From Paenirhodobacter sp. (GTDB lineage Bacteria; Pseudomonadota; Alphaproteobacteria; Rhodobacterales; Rhodobacteraceae): a stretch of 64,000 bases of DNA. The translations under genes and the position numbers were made by a program. How positions within the stretch are numbered: the stretch's first letter is position 1; every line of letters begins with the position of its first letter. The notes beneath the pieces were generated by a model. It was not told the DNA's origin. It saw only the letters and a list, made by a program, of their open reading frames with translations, and made no database searches. The stretch spans positions 4,467 through 68,466 of the forward strand of contig NZ_JBFXGV010000006.1 in assembly GCF_050177655.1 (NCBI RefSeq). The letters are read 5' to 3'. Shown piece after piece: positions 37,814 through 48,096 of this stretch.

Positions 37814-38596
37814 ATGCTGAATTTCATCGCCCATGGCTCCGACACCGCCCTGCCGCCGCTCCTGATCGTTCCCGGCCTTTTCGGTTCGGGGCGCAACTGG
37901 GGCGTGATCGCGAAACATCTGAGCACGACGCGCCGCGTGCTCGCGCTCGACATGCGCAACCACGGCGACAGTTTCTGGTCGGACGCGCATAATTATCCGG
38001 CGATGGCCGAGGATCTGGCCGCGGTGATCGAGGCGGAGGGCCGCGCCTGCGATCTGCTGGGCCATTCGATGGGCGGCAAGGCGGTGATGATGCTGGCGCT
38101 GACGCATCCGGGCCTCGTCGAGCGCATCGTCGTGGCCGACATGGCGCCGGTGCGCTATCGCCACGGGGCGGCGCATGGCGGGCTGATCGCGGCGATGAAG
38201 GCGCTGAAGATCGACGATCTGACGAGCCGGATGGAGGCCGACCGGCGGCTGAGCGAGACGGTGGAGGATGCCGGCACCCGCGCCTTCCTGCTGCAATCGC
38301 TCGAGCTGCGCGAGGGGCCGGTGCGCTGGAAGTTCAACCTCGACGCGCTGCAGGCCAATCTCGAGACGATCCTCGACTGGCCCGAGCCGCTGCCGCAGGG
38401 CGCGCATCCCTTCGGCGGGCCGGCGCTCTTCCTGTATGGTGGCGCCTCTGACTACATGCGCCCCGAATATCAGCCGGCGGTGCGTGCGCTGTTCCCGCAG
38501 GCGGCCTTCGAGGCGATCGCCGGGGCCGGCCACTGGCTTCATGCGGAAAAGCCGCGCCTCGTCGAGGCGGCGGTCGCCGCCTTCCTCGCGCGATAA
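37814..38596 (+). CDS. alpha/beta hydrolase (YbfF-like esterase)
   Basis: It has LLIVPGLFGSGRNW, the nucleophile elbow GHSMGG, and a C-terminal GHWLHAE. Confidence 0.8.
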   Translation: MLNFIAHGSDTALPPLLIVPGLFGSGRNWGVIAKHLSTTRRVLALDMRNHGDSFWSDAHNYPAMAEDLAAVIEAEGRACDLLGHSMGGKAVMMLALTHPGLVERIVVADMAPVRYRHGAAHGGLIAAMKALKIDDLTSRMEADRRLSETVEDAGTRAFLLQSLELREGPVRWKFNLDALQANLETILDWPEPLPQGAHPFGGPALFLYGGASDYMRPEYQPAVRALFPQAAFEAIAGAGHWLHAEKPRLVEAAVAAFLAR

Positions 38597-38649
38597 AAAG
38601 GCCGCGCCGGTCGCCCGGCACGGCCCTGTCGCCCTCGTCGAAGGTTGGA

Positions 38650-39141
38650 TCAGAGGCGCGGCGTGCGCATCCGGTCGAGGATATTCGTCTTCAGCACGAA
38701 TTGCTGGTACAGCGCGCCCAGGACATGCAGGCCGATCAGGATCAGCAGCACCGTGGTCAGCGCCTCATGCACCCCGCCGGCGAAGCCCAGCCCGCCGAAC
38801 CAGGCCATGCCGCCCGAAACGACGATCAGCGCGAGCACCGCGTAAAGCCCCCAATGGGTGAGATTGGCGACGAGTTTCAGCGCCGGCGCCTCCTCTTCGG
38901 GGAGCGGCGGCACGCCGTTCTTCGCGCGCAGCACCAGACGCCAGATCACCAGCGCGAGGATCGCGATCCCGGTGAAGACGTGCTGCGGCACGAGCAGGCT
39001 GGTTTCCGCCGTCTCGCCGCGCATCGCCGCGCGGAAAGCGCCGCCGATGCCGTCGTTGAGCAGGAACTGGGGAATGATGAGCACGGCGACGAGCCAGTGC
39101 AGGATGATGTGCAGACGGGAATAGCCCGCGGGCGATGTCAT
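38650..39141 (-). CDS. cytochrome b561 family protein
   Basis: There are four helices with conserved His residues (LHIILHWLVAVL, LTHWGLY, GVHEALT..LIGLHVLGALY). Confidence 0.75.
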   Translation of the reverse strand: MTSPAGYSRLHIILHWLVAVLIIPQFLLNDGIGGAFRAAMRGETAETSLLVPQHVFTGIAILALVIWRLVLRAKNGVPPLPEEEAPALKLVANLTHWGLYAVLALIVVSGGMAWFGGLGFAGGVHEALTTVLLILIGLHVLGALYQQFVLKTNILDRMRTPRL

Positions 39142-39256
39142 GATGACCTCTGATGGATGAAAATGCCGTTCGGGGGCAGACAATCACGCCCGCCCCCGAA
39201 CCGCAAGACGCCCGGCCCGCGCTCTACGCCCCGGGGGGCGAAGCGCGGAACCCTCC

Positions 39257-39442
39257 TCAGGCGTTCTGGTCGATCTGCCGCGCCACGATCCAGGCGATCG
39301 GCAGGGCCGCGACGAAGCCCACGACGGCGGCATAGATCATGGACTTGGTGTCGACCATGTTCATGGTGAGCGCCGCGGTGATCAGGATCCCGGCAAGGGT
39401 GGGCCCGGCGAGCGCGTAGATGATGCCGAAAAGACGATACAT
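39257..39442 (-). CDS. small two-helix membrane protein
   Basis: The 61-aa protein is MYRLFGIIYALAGPTLAGILITAAL...AAVVGFVAALPIAWIVA. Confidence 0.4.
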   Translation of the reverse strand: MYRLFGIIYALAGPTLAGILITAALTMNMVDTKSMIYAAVVGFVAALPIAWIVARQIDQNA

Positions 39443-39569
39443 TAAGGAGCCTCCGTTGGGCGCGTTTCATGCATCGTTCAATCATCTTTACACATCGCAA
39501 GACTTTGATCTGAGTCAGATCGCCGAGCCCCGCGCCCCCGCACCCCCGCGGCGCGCTGTCGCAGCCCCC

Positions 39570-39914
39570 TCAGGCGCCGGGGCAGTCGAGCTCGAACCGG
39601 GCCTCGCCGGTGTCGCCGGGCAGCGACGGAGAGCGGCCGATGCCGCGCGCCGGCCGCTTCACCCGGCAACCGGTGGTGCGCTCCGCCGCCTCGACCATCA
39701 GCGCCGGCACCCGGTCGCGGTCGCGCAGCGAGAGATAGTCGAGCCGGATCACCTCGGCGCGGCCGTCCTTTTCCAGCACCGCGAAGCGGATGCCCTGCAA
39801 GGTGACGTCATGGCGGGTCGCGCCGAAGAAGGCGGGCGCCGGCGAGGCGCCGCAGGCGGCCAGCGCGAGCGTCAGACGTAGAAATGGCAAAGGCCGGAAA
39901 AGACTGCGGAACAT
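39570..39914 (-). CDS. putative lipoprotein
   Basis: It has a signal peptide with the lipobox LALAAC-G. It is 114 aa. Confidence 0.5.
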   Translation of the reverse strand: MFRSLFRPLPFLRLTLALAACGASPAPAFFGATRHDVTLQGIRFAVLEKDGRAEVIRLDYLSLRDRDRVPALMVEAAERTTGCRVKRPARGIGRSPSLPGDTGEARFELDCPGA

Positions 39915-39980
39915 GGAACCCTCCGGCCCCGAGCTTCGCGACTCGTGGTTAACGGGGGGTTAACGGATCGCGAAAACCCC

Positions 39981-40313
39981 TCAGAGCGGCCAGATCGACC
40001 AGGTCGGGCCGCGGTCGCCGAGACGCTGCACATTGCCCGAGGTATAGCGGCCGATCGTGCTCATGCCGGCATGCATCGCGCGCGCGGGGCTCAGCCCGCT
40101 CAGCGTCGCCTGGGTGGCGGCACTGCCCGCCTCGACCACGGCGACGGCCTTTTCCGCGACCATCCGGTGCATCTCGTCGGGCGGGGAATCCCAGAGCCCG
40201 GCCATCCCCGCGAGCCGCATCGCGATCACCGTCTGCGCCTCCATCCCGATCCTCGTGGCCTGCGCGGCCAGCAACAACGGCAGGAAGGCTTCGTCGAACA
40301 TCGCAATCTCCAC
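39981..40313 (-). CDS. hypothetical protein
   Basis: The 110-aa ORF has coding-like codon bias. I recognise no motif. Confidence 0.35.
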   Translation of the reverse strand: MEIAMFDEAFLPLLLAAQATRIGMEAQTVIAMRLAGMAGLWDSPPDEMHRMVAEKAVAVVEAGSAATQATLSGLSPARAMHAGMSTIGRYTSGNVQRLGDRGPTWSIWPL

Positions 40314-40543
40314 TGGAGGTGCGCGCAGTGCATTGACGCGCGCAGGGCCACCGGCCAGTCTAGCCGGTGAGGGTAAAGGGCAAGTTACCGCGCTCCCGCC
40401 CTCGAAAAAATAGACAATATCGCACTAAGCAAGCCACCTTTGCGCATCGGCGCACACAAACTTTGCAATGCGTGGCCGCGCCGCACCTTGTCTTTTCCGA
40501 CTGCACGACAGAGTTTGATGTGCGATTGACACTCTCGCGGTAG

Positions 40544-40563
40544 TCTGAACTGATCGGTTCAGA
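40544..40563. promoter_or_regulatory. 7-6-7 palindrome upstream of the RND operon
   Basis: TCTGAAC-TGATCG-GTTCAGA lies 53 nt upstream of the adaptor-subunit start. TTGACA at 40526-40531 sits just upstream. Confidence 0.25.
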
Positions 40564-40615
40564 ACAGTACGGAGACCGGCCCGGCGCCGGACCAGCAGGA
40601 ACGATCGGAAGCCTC

Positions 40616-41743
40616 ATGATCAAGCGTTTCATCATTGCGATCCTCGCACTCGCCCTCGTCGGCGGCGGCATCGTCGGGTTCAACCTCTTCAAGGCGAAGA
40701 TGATCGCGCAGTATTTCGCGACGATGAAGCCCGCGCCCTCCCCCGTCTCGGTGACCGAGGTGGTGCCGGTGCGCTGGACGCCCGGGATCGAGGCGATCGG
40801 CACCGCCACCGCCGCGCAGGGCACCGACATCGCCACCGAGGCCTCCGGCGTGGTGCGCGAGATCCGCTTCAAGTCGAACGACGTCGTCGCGAAAGGCCAG
40901 GTGCTGGTGCAGATCGACGACCGCCAGGAGCGCGCCGATCTCGCCGCCGCGCAGGCCGCGCTCGACCTCGCCGAGGTCACGCTGAAACGCGCCCGCGAGC
41001 TCGCGCAGCGCGGCGTCTCGGCGACCACCACGCTCGACAGCGCAGAGGCCTCGGCGACCGAGGCGCGCTCGAACGTCGCCAAGATCGAGGCGGTGCTGAC
41101 CACGAAGCAGCTCACCGCGCCCTTCGACGGCACGATCGGCATTCCGCAGATCGAGGTCGGCCAATATGTCACCACCGGCACCACCTATGCCACGCTGCAG
41201 GACCGCGGCCATATGCGCGCCGATTTCACCCTGACCGAACAGCAGGCGAACCAGGTCGGCCCGGGCATGCCCGTCACCGTGACGACCGAGGTCGGCGATC
41301 TCTCGCTTTCCGGCACGGTCACCGGCATCGAGCCGAAGATCGACCCGAATTCGCGCCTCGTCACGCTGCGCGCCGACATGCCCAACGACGGCGACAAGCT
41401 CACCCCCGGCCAGTTCGTCCATGTCCGCGTCGACCTGCCCGCCGAGGAAGGCGTGATCGCGCTGCCGCAGACGGTGGTTTCCTCGAGCCTTTACGGCGAC
41501 AGCGTCTTCGTCGTGCGCGAAGAGACGCCCGAGGGCGCCGATGCCGCGCAGCTGATCGCGAAGCAGGTCTTCGTCAAGCTCGGCCGCCGCTCGGGCGAGA
41601 AGATCGAGATCACCGAGGGGCTGAAGGCGGGCGACAAGGTCGTCAACGCCGGGCAGAACAAGCTGACCTCGGGCGCGCCGGTGGTGATCGACAACAGTCT
41701 CAGCCCCGATGCCGCCCCCGCGGCGGACGCGGCCGGCAACTGA
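40616..41743 (+). CDS. efflux RND transporter periplasmic adaptor subunit
   Basis: The 375-aa protein has an N-terminal TM anchor, a coiled-coil hairpin (ADLAAAQAALDLAEVTLKRARELAQRG) and a TAPFDGTIG lipoyl-like motif. Confidence 0.9.
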   Translation: MIKRFIIAILALALVGGGIVGFNLFKAKMIAQYFATMKPAPSPVSVTEVVPVRWTPGIEAIGTATAAQGTDIATEASGVVREIRFKSNDVVAKGQVLVQIDDRQERADLAAAQAALDLAEVTLKRARELAQRGVSATTTLDSAEASATEARSNVAKIEAVLTTKQLTAPFDGTIGIPQIEVGQYVTTGTTYATLQDRGHMRADFTLTEQQANQVGPGMPVTVTTEVGDLSLSGTVTGIEPKIDPNSRLVTLRADMPNDGDKLTPGQFVHVRVDLPAEEGVIALPQTVVSSSLYGDSVFVVREETPEGADAAQLIAKQVFVKLGRRSGEKIEITEGLKAGDKVVNAGQNKLTSGAPVVIDNSLSPDAAPAADAAGN

Positions 41744-41753
41744 GGACGCCCCG

Positions 41754-44700
41754 ATGCATTTCACGGAAATCTTCATCCGCCGCCCGGTGCTGTCCACCGT
41801 TCTCGGCGCCTTCATGCTGCTTCTGGGCATCCAGGCCTTCTACAACCTGCCGGTGCGACAATATCCCGAGGTCGACGAGACCGTGGTGACGATCACCACG
41901 ACCTATGCCGGCGCCTCGCCCGAGCTGATCCAGGGCTTCATCACCGCGCCGATCGCCGAGGCGGTCGCGACGACGGAAAACATCGACTACGTCACCTCGA
42001 CCTCGCGGCCCTCGGCCTCGGTGGTCTCGGTCAACATGAAGCTCGGCTCGAACCCCGACTCGGCGCTGACCGAGGTGCTTTCGAAGGTGCAGCAGGTGCG
42101 CGGTGACCTGCCCACCGACGCGAAGGATCCGGTGATCGTCAAGGGCACCGGGCGCAGCTTCGCGCTGATGTATCTCGCGGCGCAGAACCCGAACATGACG
42201 CCCGAGCAGCTGACCGAATATCTCAACCGGGTGATCAAGCCGCGGATGTCGACGATCCAGGGCGTGGCCGAGGTGAGCGTGATCGGCGCGGCGGATTACG
42301 CGATGCGGGTCTGGCTCGATCCGAACAAGCTCGCGGCGCGCAAGGTGACCGCGGCGGAAGTGCTGGCCGCGATCAAGGCCTCGAACTTCCTCTCCGCCCC
42401 CGGCAAGACGGAAAACGAATATGTCGCCCAGGCGATCACCCTGAAATCGACGCTGCAGACGCCCGAGGCCTTCGGCGCGCTGCCGATCCGTTCGGATACC
42501 GACGGCGTGGTGCGGCTGCGCGATGTGGCGCGGGTCGAGCTCGCCTCCGACGACTCGGGCGAGATCGTCACCTTCAACGGCTCGCGCGGCACCTTCATCG
42601 GGATCTCGCAGACGCCCTCGGCGAACCCGCTCGACACCGCCTCGGCGGTGCGCGCGGAGCTGCCCGCGATCAATTCCACCCTGCCCGAGGGGATGAAGAT
42701 CACCCTCGTCTACGACACCACCGAACAGATCTCGGCCTCGATCGACGAGGTGTTCAAGACGATCGGCGAGGCGGTGGCGATCGTGGTCGTCGTGATCCTG
42801 CTGTTCCTCGGCTCGATCCGCTCGGTGCTGATGCCGATCGTGACGATCCCGCTTTCGCTGATCGGCGTGATGGCGGTGCTGCTCGCGCTTGGCTATTCGA
42901 TCAACCTGCTCACGCTGCTGGCGATGGTGCTGGCGATCGGCCTCGTCGTCGACGATGCGATCGTGGTGGTGGAGAACATCCACCGCCACATGGAGGACGG
43001 GATGAAGCCGATCCCCGCCGCCGTGCAGGGGATGAAGGAGATCACCGGCGCCGTCATCGCGATGACGATCACGCTTGCCGCGGTGCTTTCGCCGCTGGGC
43101 TTCACCGGCGGGCTGACCGGTGCGCTCTTCAAGGAATTCGCCTTCACCCTTGCGGGGTCGGTGGTGCTTTCGGGGATCATCGCGCTCACGATCACGCCGA
43201 TGATGTCGGGGCGGATCCTGAAGGAGGGGCATGCCACCGGCTTCGCCGCCTTCGTCGACCGCACCTTCGAGCGCTTTGCCGGCTGGTATGAGCGGCGGGT
43301 GAATTCCTCGCTCGATTATCGCCCGGTGACGGTGCTGATCGTGGTGGTGCTGATCGGCGTGATGGGCTTCATGTTCACCCATACCTCGACCGAGCTCGCC
43401 CCCGAGGAAGACCAGGGCGCGGTGATCGCGATGCTGACCGCACCGCGCTATGCGACCTCGGATTACACCGCGCGCTATATCGACGGGATCGGTCAGGCGA
43501 CGAAGGACATCCCCGAGGTGCGCACGAATTTCTCGATCGCCGGTTTCGGCGGGGCGGACAATTCGGGCATCTACATCTGGGCGCTGAAGGACTGGGCCGA
43601 TCGCGCGCGTTCGCAAAAGGAGATCCAGACCCAGATCCAGGGCTCGATCGACGCCTCGACCGGGCTCAAGGGCTTCGCCTTCGCGCCGCCCACCCTGCCG
43701 GGCACCGGCGGCGGGCTGCCGATCGCGGTGGTGATCCAGTCGATCCACTCGCCCGACCGCGTGGCGGAAGTGGCCGAGGAGATCCGGCTGAAGGCGCAGA
43801 AATCGGGCAAGTTCATCATCGTGCAGAACTCGATGAGCTATGACGCGCCCGAGGTCCGGGTGACGATCGACCGCGACCGCGCCGCGGCGCTGAACGTGCC
43901 GGTTTCCGATGTCGGCACCACGCTCGGCCTGCTGGTCGGCGGCGCCTCGATCGCGCAGTTCGACCGCGACTCCAACAGCTACGACATCATCACCCAGGTG
44001 CCGAAACAGTATCGCGCCAACCCCGAGGAGCTGGGCAATTACTTCGTGCGCGCCTCGACCGGCGACATGGTACCGCTGTCCTCGGTGGTGAAGATCACCA
44101 CGGGCGTCGCCGCCGCCGCGGTGGAACAGTTCAACCAGCTGAACTCCGCCACGATCTCGGCGCTGCCGATGCCGGGGCAGTCGACCGGCGACGGGCTGGC
44201 CGAGATCGTCTCGGTGGCGAAGGAAGTGATGCCCGAGGGCTTCTTCATCGACTATTCGGGGCAGAGCCGGCTCGAGGTGACGCAGGGCAATACGATCATG
44301 CTCGCCTTCGGCGCCGCGGTGCTGGTGATCTACCTCGTGCTCGCCGCGCAGTTCGAAAGCTTCCGCGATCCGTTCATCATCATGATGGCGGTGCCGCTGA
44401 CGATCTTCGGCGCGATCGTGCCCCTGAACCTCGGCCTCGGCACGCTGAACATCTATAGCCAGGTGGGGCTGATCACCCTCGTCGGTCTGATCACGAAACA
44501 CGGCATCCTGATGGTGGAATTCGCCAATCAGCAGCGCGAGGAGCATGGCCACACCCGGCGCGAGGCGATCGTGCTGGCGGCCAAGACCCGTCTGCGCCCG
44601 ATCCTGATGACGACGGCGGCGATGGCGCTTGCGGTGGTGCCGCTGGTGCTCGCCAAGGGGGCGGGTGCCGCCGCGCGCGAGGCGATGGGGATCGTGATGT

Positions 44701-44822
44701 TCTCGGGCCTCTTGATCGGCACGATGTTCACGCTCTTCGTGGTGCCGATGTTCTACACCTTCATCTCGCCCTCGGATACGGCGATGCGGGAGGCGCGGGA
44801 AAAACGGCTCGCGGCGGGCTGA
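41754..44822 (+). CDS. efflux RND transporter permease (AcrB/MdtB-like)
   Basis: The 1022-aa protein starts MHFTEIFIRRPVLSTVL and contains AIGLVVDDAIVVVENI. It has the 12-TM architecture. Confidence 0.95.
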   Translation: MHFTEIFIRRPVLSTVLGAFMLLLGIQAFYNLPVRQYPEVDETVVTITTTYAGASPELIQGFITAPIAEAVATTENIDYVTSTSRPSASVVSVNMKLGSNPDSALTEVLSKVQQVRGDLPTDAKDPVIVKGTGRSFALMYLAAQNPNMTPEQLTEYLNRVIKPRMSTIQGVAEVSVIGAADYAMRVWLDPNKLAARKVTAAEVLAAIKASNFLSAPGKTENEYVAQAITLKSTLQTPEAFGALPIRSDTDGVVRLRDVARVELASDDSGEIVTFNGSRGTFIGISQTPSANPLDTASAVRAELPAINSTLPEGMKITLVYDTTEQISASIDEVFKTIGEAVAIVVVVILLFLGSIRSVLMPIVTIPLSLIGVMAVLLALGYSINLLTLLAMVLAIGLVVDDAIVVVENIHRHMEDGMKPIPAAVQGMKEITGAVIAMTITLAAVLSPLGFTGGLTGALFKEFAFTLAGSVVLSGIIALTITPMMSGRILKEGHATGFAAFVDRTFERFAGWYERRVNSSLDYRPVTVLIVVVLIGVMGFMFTHTSTELAPEEDQGAVIAMLTAPRYATSDYTARYIDGIGQATKDIPEVRTNFSIAGFGGADNSGIYIWALKDWADRARSQKEIQTQIQGSIDASTGLKGFAFAPPTLPGTGGGLPIAVVIQSIHSPDRVAEVAEEIRLKAQKSGKFIIVQNSMSYDAPEVRVTIDRDRAAALNVPVSDVGTTLGLLVGGASIAQFDRDSNSYDIITQVPKQYRANPEELGNYFVRASTGDMVPLSSVVKITTGVAAAAVEQFNQLNSATISALPMPGQSTGDGLAEIVSVAKEVMPEGFFIDYSGQSRLEVTQGNTIMLAFGAAVLVIYLVLAAQFESFRDPFIIMMAVPLTIFGAIVPLNLGLGTLNIYSQVGLITLVGLITKHGILMVEFANQQREEHGHTRREAIVLAAKTRLRPILMTTAAMALAVVPLVLAKGAGAAAREAMGIVMFSGLLIGTMFTLFVVPMFYTFISPSDTAMREAREKRLAAG

Positions 44823-44848
44823 GCCCCGCCGTCGGAGGCCTCCGGCGG

Positions 44849-44890
44849 GAGTATTTGCACCAGGAAAAGCCTTTTCCTTGGCAAAATACT
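44849..44890. repeat. REP-like intergenic hairpin element (inverted orientation, variant arms)
   Basis: The sequence is GAGTATTTGCACCAGGAAAAG-cc-TTTTCCTTGGCAAAATACTC. It is preceded by GCCTCCGGCGG, the reverse complement of the CCGCCGGAGGC tail. Confidence 0.8.
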
Positions 44891-44945
44891 CCGCAGGGGT
44901 GAATGGCGACAGCCAGAGGGGGGCGCGCAGCCCCCCTTTCGCGTT

Positions 44946-46541
44946 TCAGCCCTTCGCGTCCTCGAGGATCATCCGCGCCGCCTTCTCCGCGATCATCATC
45001 GCCGGCGCGTTGGTATTGCCCGAGGGAATCGCGGGCATCACCGAAGCATCGGCGATCCGCAGCCCCGTGAGCGCGCGCAGCCGCAGCCGCGGGTCGACCA
45101 CGGCCCCCGGATCCGCGCCCATCCGGCAGGTGCCGACCGGGTGAAAGATCGTGGTGCCGATGTCGCCCGCCGCGCGCGCAAGCTCGTCCGCGCCGGTGAG
45201 TGCGGCGCCGGGTTTCACCTCCTCGGGGTGGAAGCGGGCGAAGGCGGGCTGCGCCGCGATCTCGCGCGTTTTGCGGATCGCCTGCACCGCGACGCGGCGG
45301 TCGCCCTCGGTGGCGAGGTAATTCGGCGCGATCGCGGGGGCGGCGCGGAAATCCGGCCCCTTCAGGTGGACCGAGCCGCGGCTTTCGGGGCGCAGGTTGC
45401 ACACGCTCGCCGTCATCGCCGGGAAGCGGTGCGGCGCCTCGCCGAACTTGTCGAGGCTGACCGGTTGCAGGTGCCATTCGAGATCGGCGGTTTCCTTTTC
45501 GGGGAAGGAGCGCGCGAAAATCCCGGCCTGGCTCGGTGCCATCGCCATCGGCCCGCTGCGGAAAAGCGCATATTCCGCGCCGATCCGCGCGCGCCCGATC
45601 AGCGAATGCGCCATGGTGTTGAGCGTCTTCACCCCCTGCACGCCGAAGATCAGCCGCAGTTGCAGATGGTCTTGCAGGTTCTCGCCCACGCCGGGCACCT
45701 CGGCCACCGGCGCGATGCCGTTCGCGGCGAGCAGATCGCCCCGCCCGATGCCCGAAAGCTCGAGGATCTGCGGCGAGCCGATCGCGCCCGCGGCCAGCAC
45801 CACCTCGCCCGCGGCAACCTCGAAAGGCGCGTTGTCGCGGAGGTAGCGCAGCCCGGTGACGCGCCCCTCGGCGATCGTCAGCCGCTCGACCTGGGCCTCG
45901 GTGACGAGGCGCAGGTTCGGCCGGCCGAGCGCCGGTTTCAGGAAGGCCGTCGCCGCCGACCAGCGCCAGCCCTTTTTCTGGGTGACGTGGAAATAGCCCG
46001 AGCCCGCATTGTCGCCGCCGTTGAAATCGGCGCTGCGCGGGATGCCCGCCTGCTCCGCCGCCTCGAGAAAGGCGTCGAGCACCTGCCAGCGCACGCGCGC
46101 CTCCTCGACCCGGAGGCCACCGCCCGCGCCATGCGTCGCGCTTGCGCCGCGGAAGAAATCCTCCTGCGCGCAGAAGAGCGGCAGCACCTCATCCCAGCCC
46201 CAGCCGGTGCAGCCCGCCTGCGCCCAGAGGTCGTAATCGCGCGCCTGCCCGCGCATGTAGATCATGCCGTTGATCGCCGAACAGCCGCCAAGAATGCGCC
46301 CGCGCGGATAGGCGAGGCTTCTCCCGTTCAGCCCCGGTTCGGGCTCGGTGGCAAAGCCCCAGTCGGTGCGCGGATTGCCGATGCAATAGAGGTAGCCGAC
46401 CGGGATATGCACCCAGTGGTAATTGTCGCGCCCGCCCGCCTCGAGCAGGAGCACCCGGTTGCGCGGATCGGCGCTGAGCCGGTTCGCAAGCACCGATCCC
46501 GCCGAGCCCGCGCCGACGATGACGTAATCGTAACGTTCCAT
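44946..46541 (-). CDS. GMC family oxidoreductase (choline dehydrogenase-like)
   Basis: MERYDYVIVGAGSAGSVLANRLS is the FAD-binding GxGxxG region. The C-terminus contains HPVGTCRMG. Confidence 0.9.
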   Translation of the reverse strand: MERYDYVIVGAGSAGSVLANRLSADPRNRVLLLEAGGRDNYHWVHIPVGYLYCIGNPRTDWGFATEPEPGLNGRSLAYPRGRILGGCSAINGMIYMRGQARDYDLWAQAGCTGWGWDEVLPLFCAQEDFFRGASATHGAGGGLRVEEARVRWQVLDAFLEAAEQAGIPRSADFNGGDNAGSGYFHVTQKKGWRWSAATAFLKPALGRPNLRLVTEAQVERLTIAEGRVTGLRYLRDNAPFEVAAGEVVLAAGAIGSPQILELSGIGRGDLLAANGIAPVAEVPGVGENLQDHLQLRLIFGVQGVKTLNTMAHSLIGRARIGAEYALFRSGPMAMAPSQAGIFARSFPEKETADLEWHLQPVSLDKFGEAPHRFPAMTASVCNLRPESRGSVHLKGPDFRAAPAIAPNYLATEGDRRVAVQAIRKTREIAAQPAFARFHPEEVKPGAALTGADELARAAGDIGTTIFHPVGTCRMGADPGAVVDPRLRLRALTGLRIADASVMPAIPSGNTNAPAMMIAEKAARMILEDAKG

Positions 46542-46735
46542 CGGTCTCCCCCGTCGCCCCTCCCCGGGCGTCTCAGCTTTGATGGTCTCAAGGGACGCGC
46601 CCCCTCGCAAGGGGGCGCGCAGGCGCATTTTCGCAAAACGACTTTGCGCCCGGTCGCGAATGCGCGCGCAGCATCGCGGGTGCTTGCATCCGCCCGCCGC
46701 CCCGGCTTTGATGCCGCCGAACCCGGGAGCCCCGC

Positions 46736-47962
46736 TTGATCCTCTATCGCCTTCTTCTGTCGCTCGCCCTGCCGGTGCTGCTTGCGCGGCTTCTGGGCCG
46801 CGTGCTGCGCGGGGGCGAGCCCGCCGCGATGCTGGCCGAGCGGCTTGGCGGCGGGGAGGCTGCCGCGCCCGGGGCGCTCTGGCTGCATGCCGCCTCGAAT
46901 GGCGAACTCGCTTCCGCGCGCCCGCTGATCGCGGCGCTGCAGGCGGCGCGGCCCGATCTGCGCCTCCTCGTCACGGTGAACACGGTGACGGCGCGGGCGA
47001 TGGCGCAGGGCTGGGGCGATCCCCGGATCGCGGTGCGCGCAGCGCCGCTCGACGCGCGCTGGAGCGTGGCGCGGTTTCTGGCGCGCCACCGCCCCGCCGC
47101 GCTGATCGGGATCGAGAACGAGCTTTGGCCGAACCGTTTCGCGATGGCGGCGGCGCGGGGGCTGCCGGTCTTTGTCATCGGGGCGCGGATGTCGGCGCGC
47201 TCGGCCGCGCGCTGGCGCAAAACCGGCCTCGGCCCGCGGCTGATGGCCACGATCACCGCGCTTTCGGCGCAGGACGAGGCCTCGGAAGCGGCCTTCCAGA
47301 GCCTTGGCCTGCCCGCGGCGCGGCTGCTGCCCCGGCTCAACCTGAAGACCGAGATCAGCGCGCCGCCGCCCGGCTTCGCCCTGCCCTGGCCGCGGGAAAA
47401 GACGCTGCTCGCCGCCTCGACCCACGAGGGCGAGGAGGAGATCGTGCTTGAAGCCTTTGCCCGGGCGCGCGCGCATGACCCGGAACTGCGGCTGATCCTC
47501 GCGCCGCGCCATCCGCGCCGGGCGGAGGAGATCGCGCGGCTGATCGCGGCGCGGGGGCTCGCCCATGTCAGCCGCACCAGTGGCGCCGCGCCCGGGGCGC
47601 CGGTGCTGCTCGCCGATACGATGGGCGAGATGGCGAACTGGTATGCGGCGGCGGGGATCTGTTTCATCGGCGGCACGCTTGCGCCGAAGGGGGGGCATAC
47701 GCCCTTCGAGCCGGTGGCCTATGGCTGCGCGCTGGCGCATGGCCCCTCGGTCGCGAACCATGCGGCGGCCTTTGCCGCGCTCGATGCGGGCGGCGCGGCG
47801 CTGGCGGTGCGCGATGCCGCGACGCTGGCGGCGGCCTTCGAGACCGCGCCCGCCGGGCAGGCCGATCTCGCCGCGCGGGCGCAGGCGGCGCTTGCCGCGC
47901 TGCGCGACGGGGCCGGGCCGGCAACACTTGCGCGCGAAATCCTTGCGCAAAGCCGGCTCTGA
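46736..47962 (+). CDS. waaA: 3-deoxy-D-manno-octulosonic acid (Kdo) transferase
   Basis: The N-terminal anchor is LYRLLLSLALPVLL. It contains WLHAASNGE and FIGGTL..KGGHTPFEP. The start codon is TTG. Confidence 0.8.
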   Translation: MILYRLLLSLALPVLLARLLGRVLRGGEPAAMLAERLGGGEAAAPGALWLHAASNGELASARPLIAALQAARPDLRLLVTVNTVTARAMAQGWGDPRIAVRAAPLDARWSVARFLARHRPAALIGIENELWPNRFAMAAARGLPVFVIGARMSARSAARWRKTGLGPRLMATITALSAQDEASEAAFQSLGLPAARLLPRLNLKTEISAPPPGFALPWPREKTLLAASTHEGEEEIVLEAFARARAHDPELRLILAPRHPRRAEEIARLIAARGLAHVSRTSGAAPGAPVLLADTMGEMANWYAAAGICFIGGTLAPKGGHTPFEPVAYGCALAHGPSVANHAAAFAALDAGGAALAVRDAATLAAAFETAPAGQADLAARAQAALAALRDGAGPATLAREILAQSRL

Positions 47963-48096
47963 ACGCCCAAAACACCGCCTTTTCGTGAATTGTCACAGTT
48001 CCGGCGCGGTGACGCGGTGGAAACTTGCGGCATTTTGCCTTATATTGCGGGCATCAAGGGAGCAAGAACCGGCCGAACGGCCGATCAGGCGAGGTT

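Noticed and set aside
46328-47950. A 540-aa minus-strand ORF lies opposite waaA.
   Set aside because: Its translation is highly basic (R, P, G) and it is antisense to a gene with Kdo-transferase motifs. No independent support exists.
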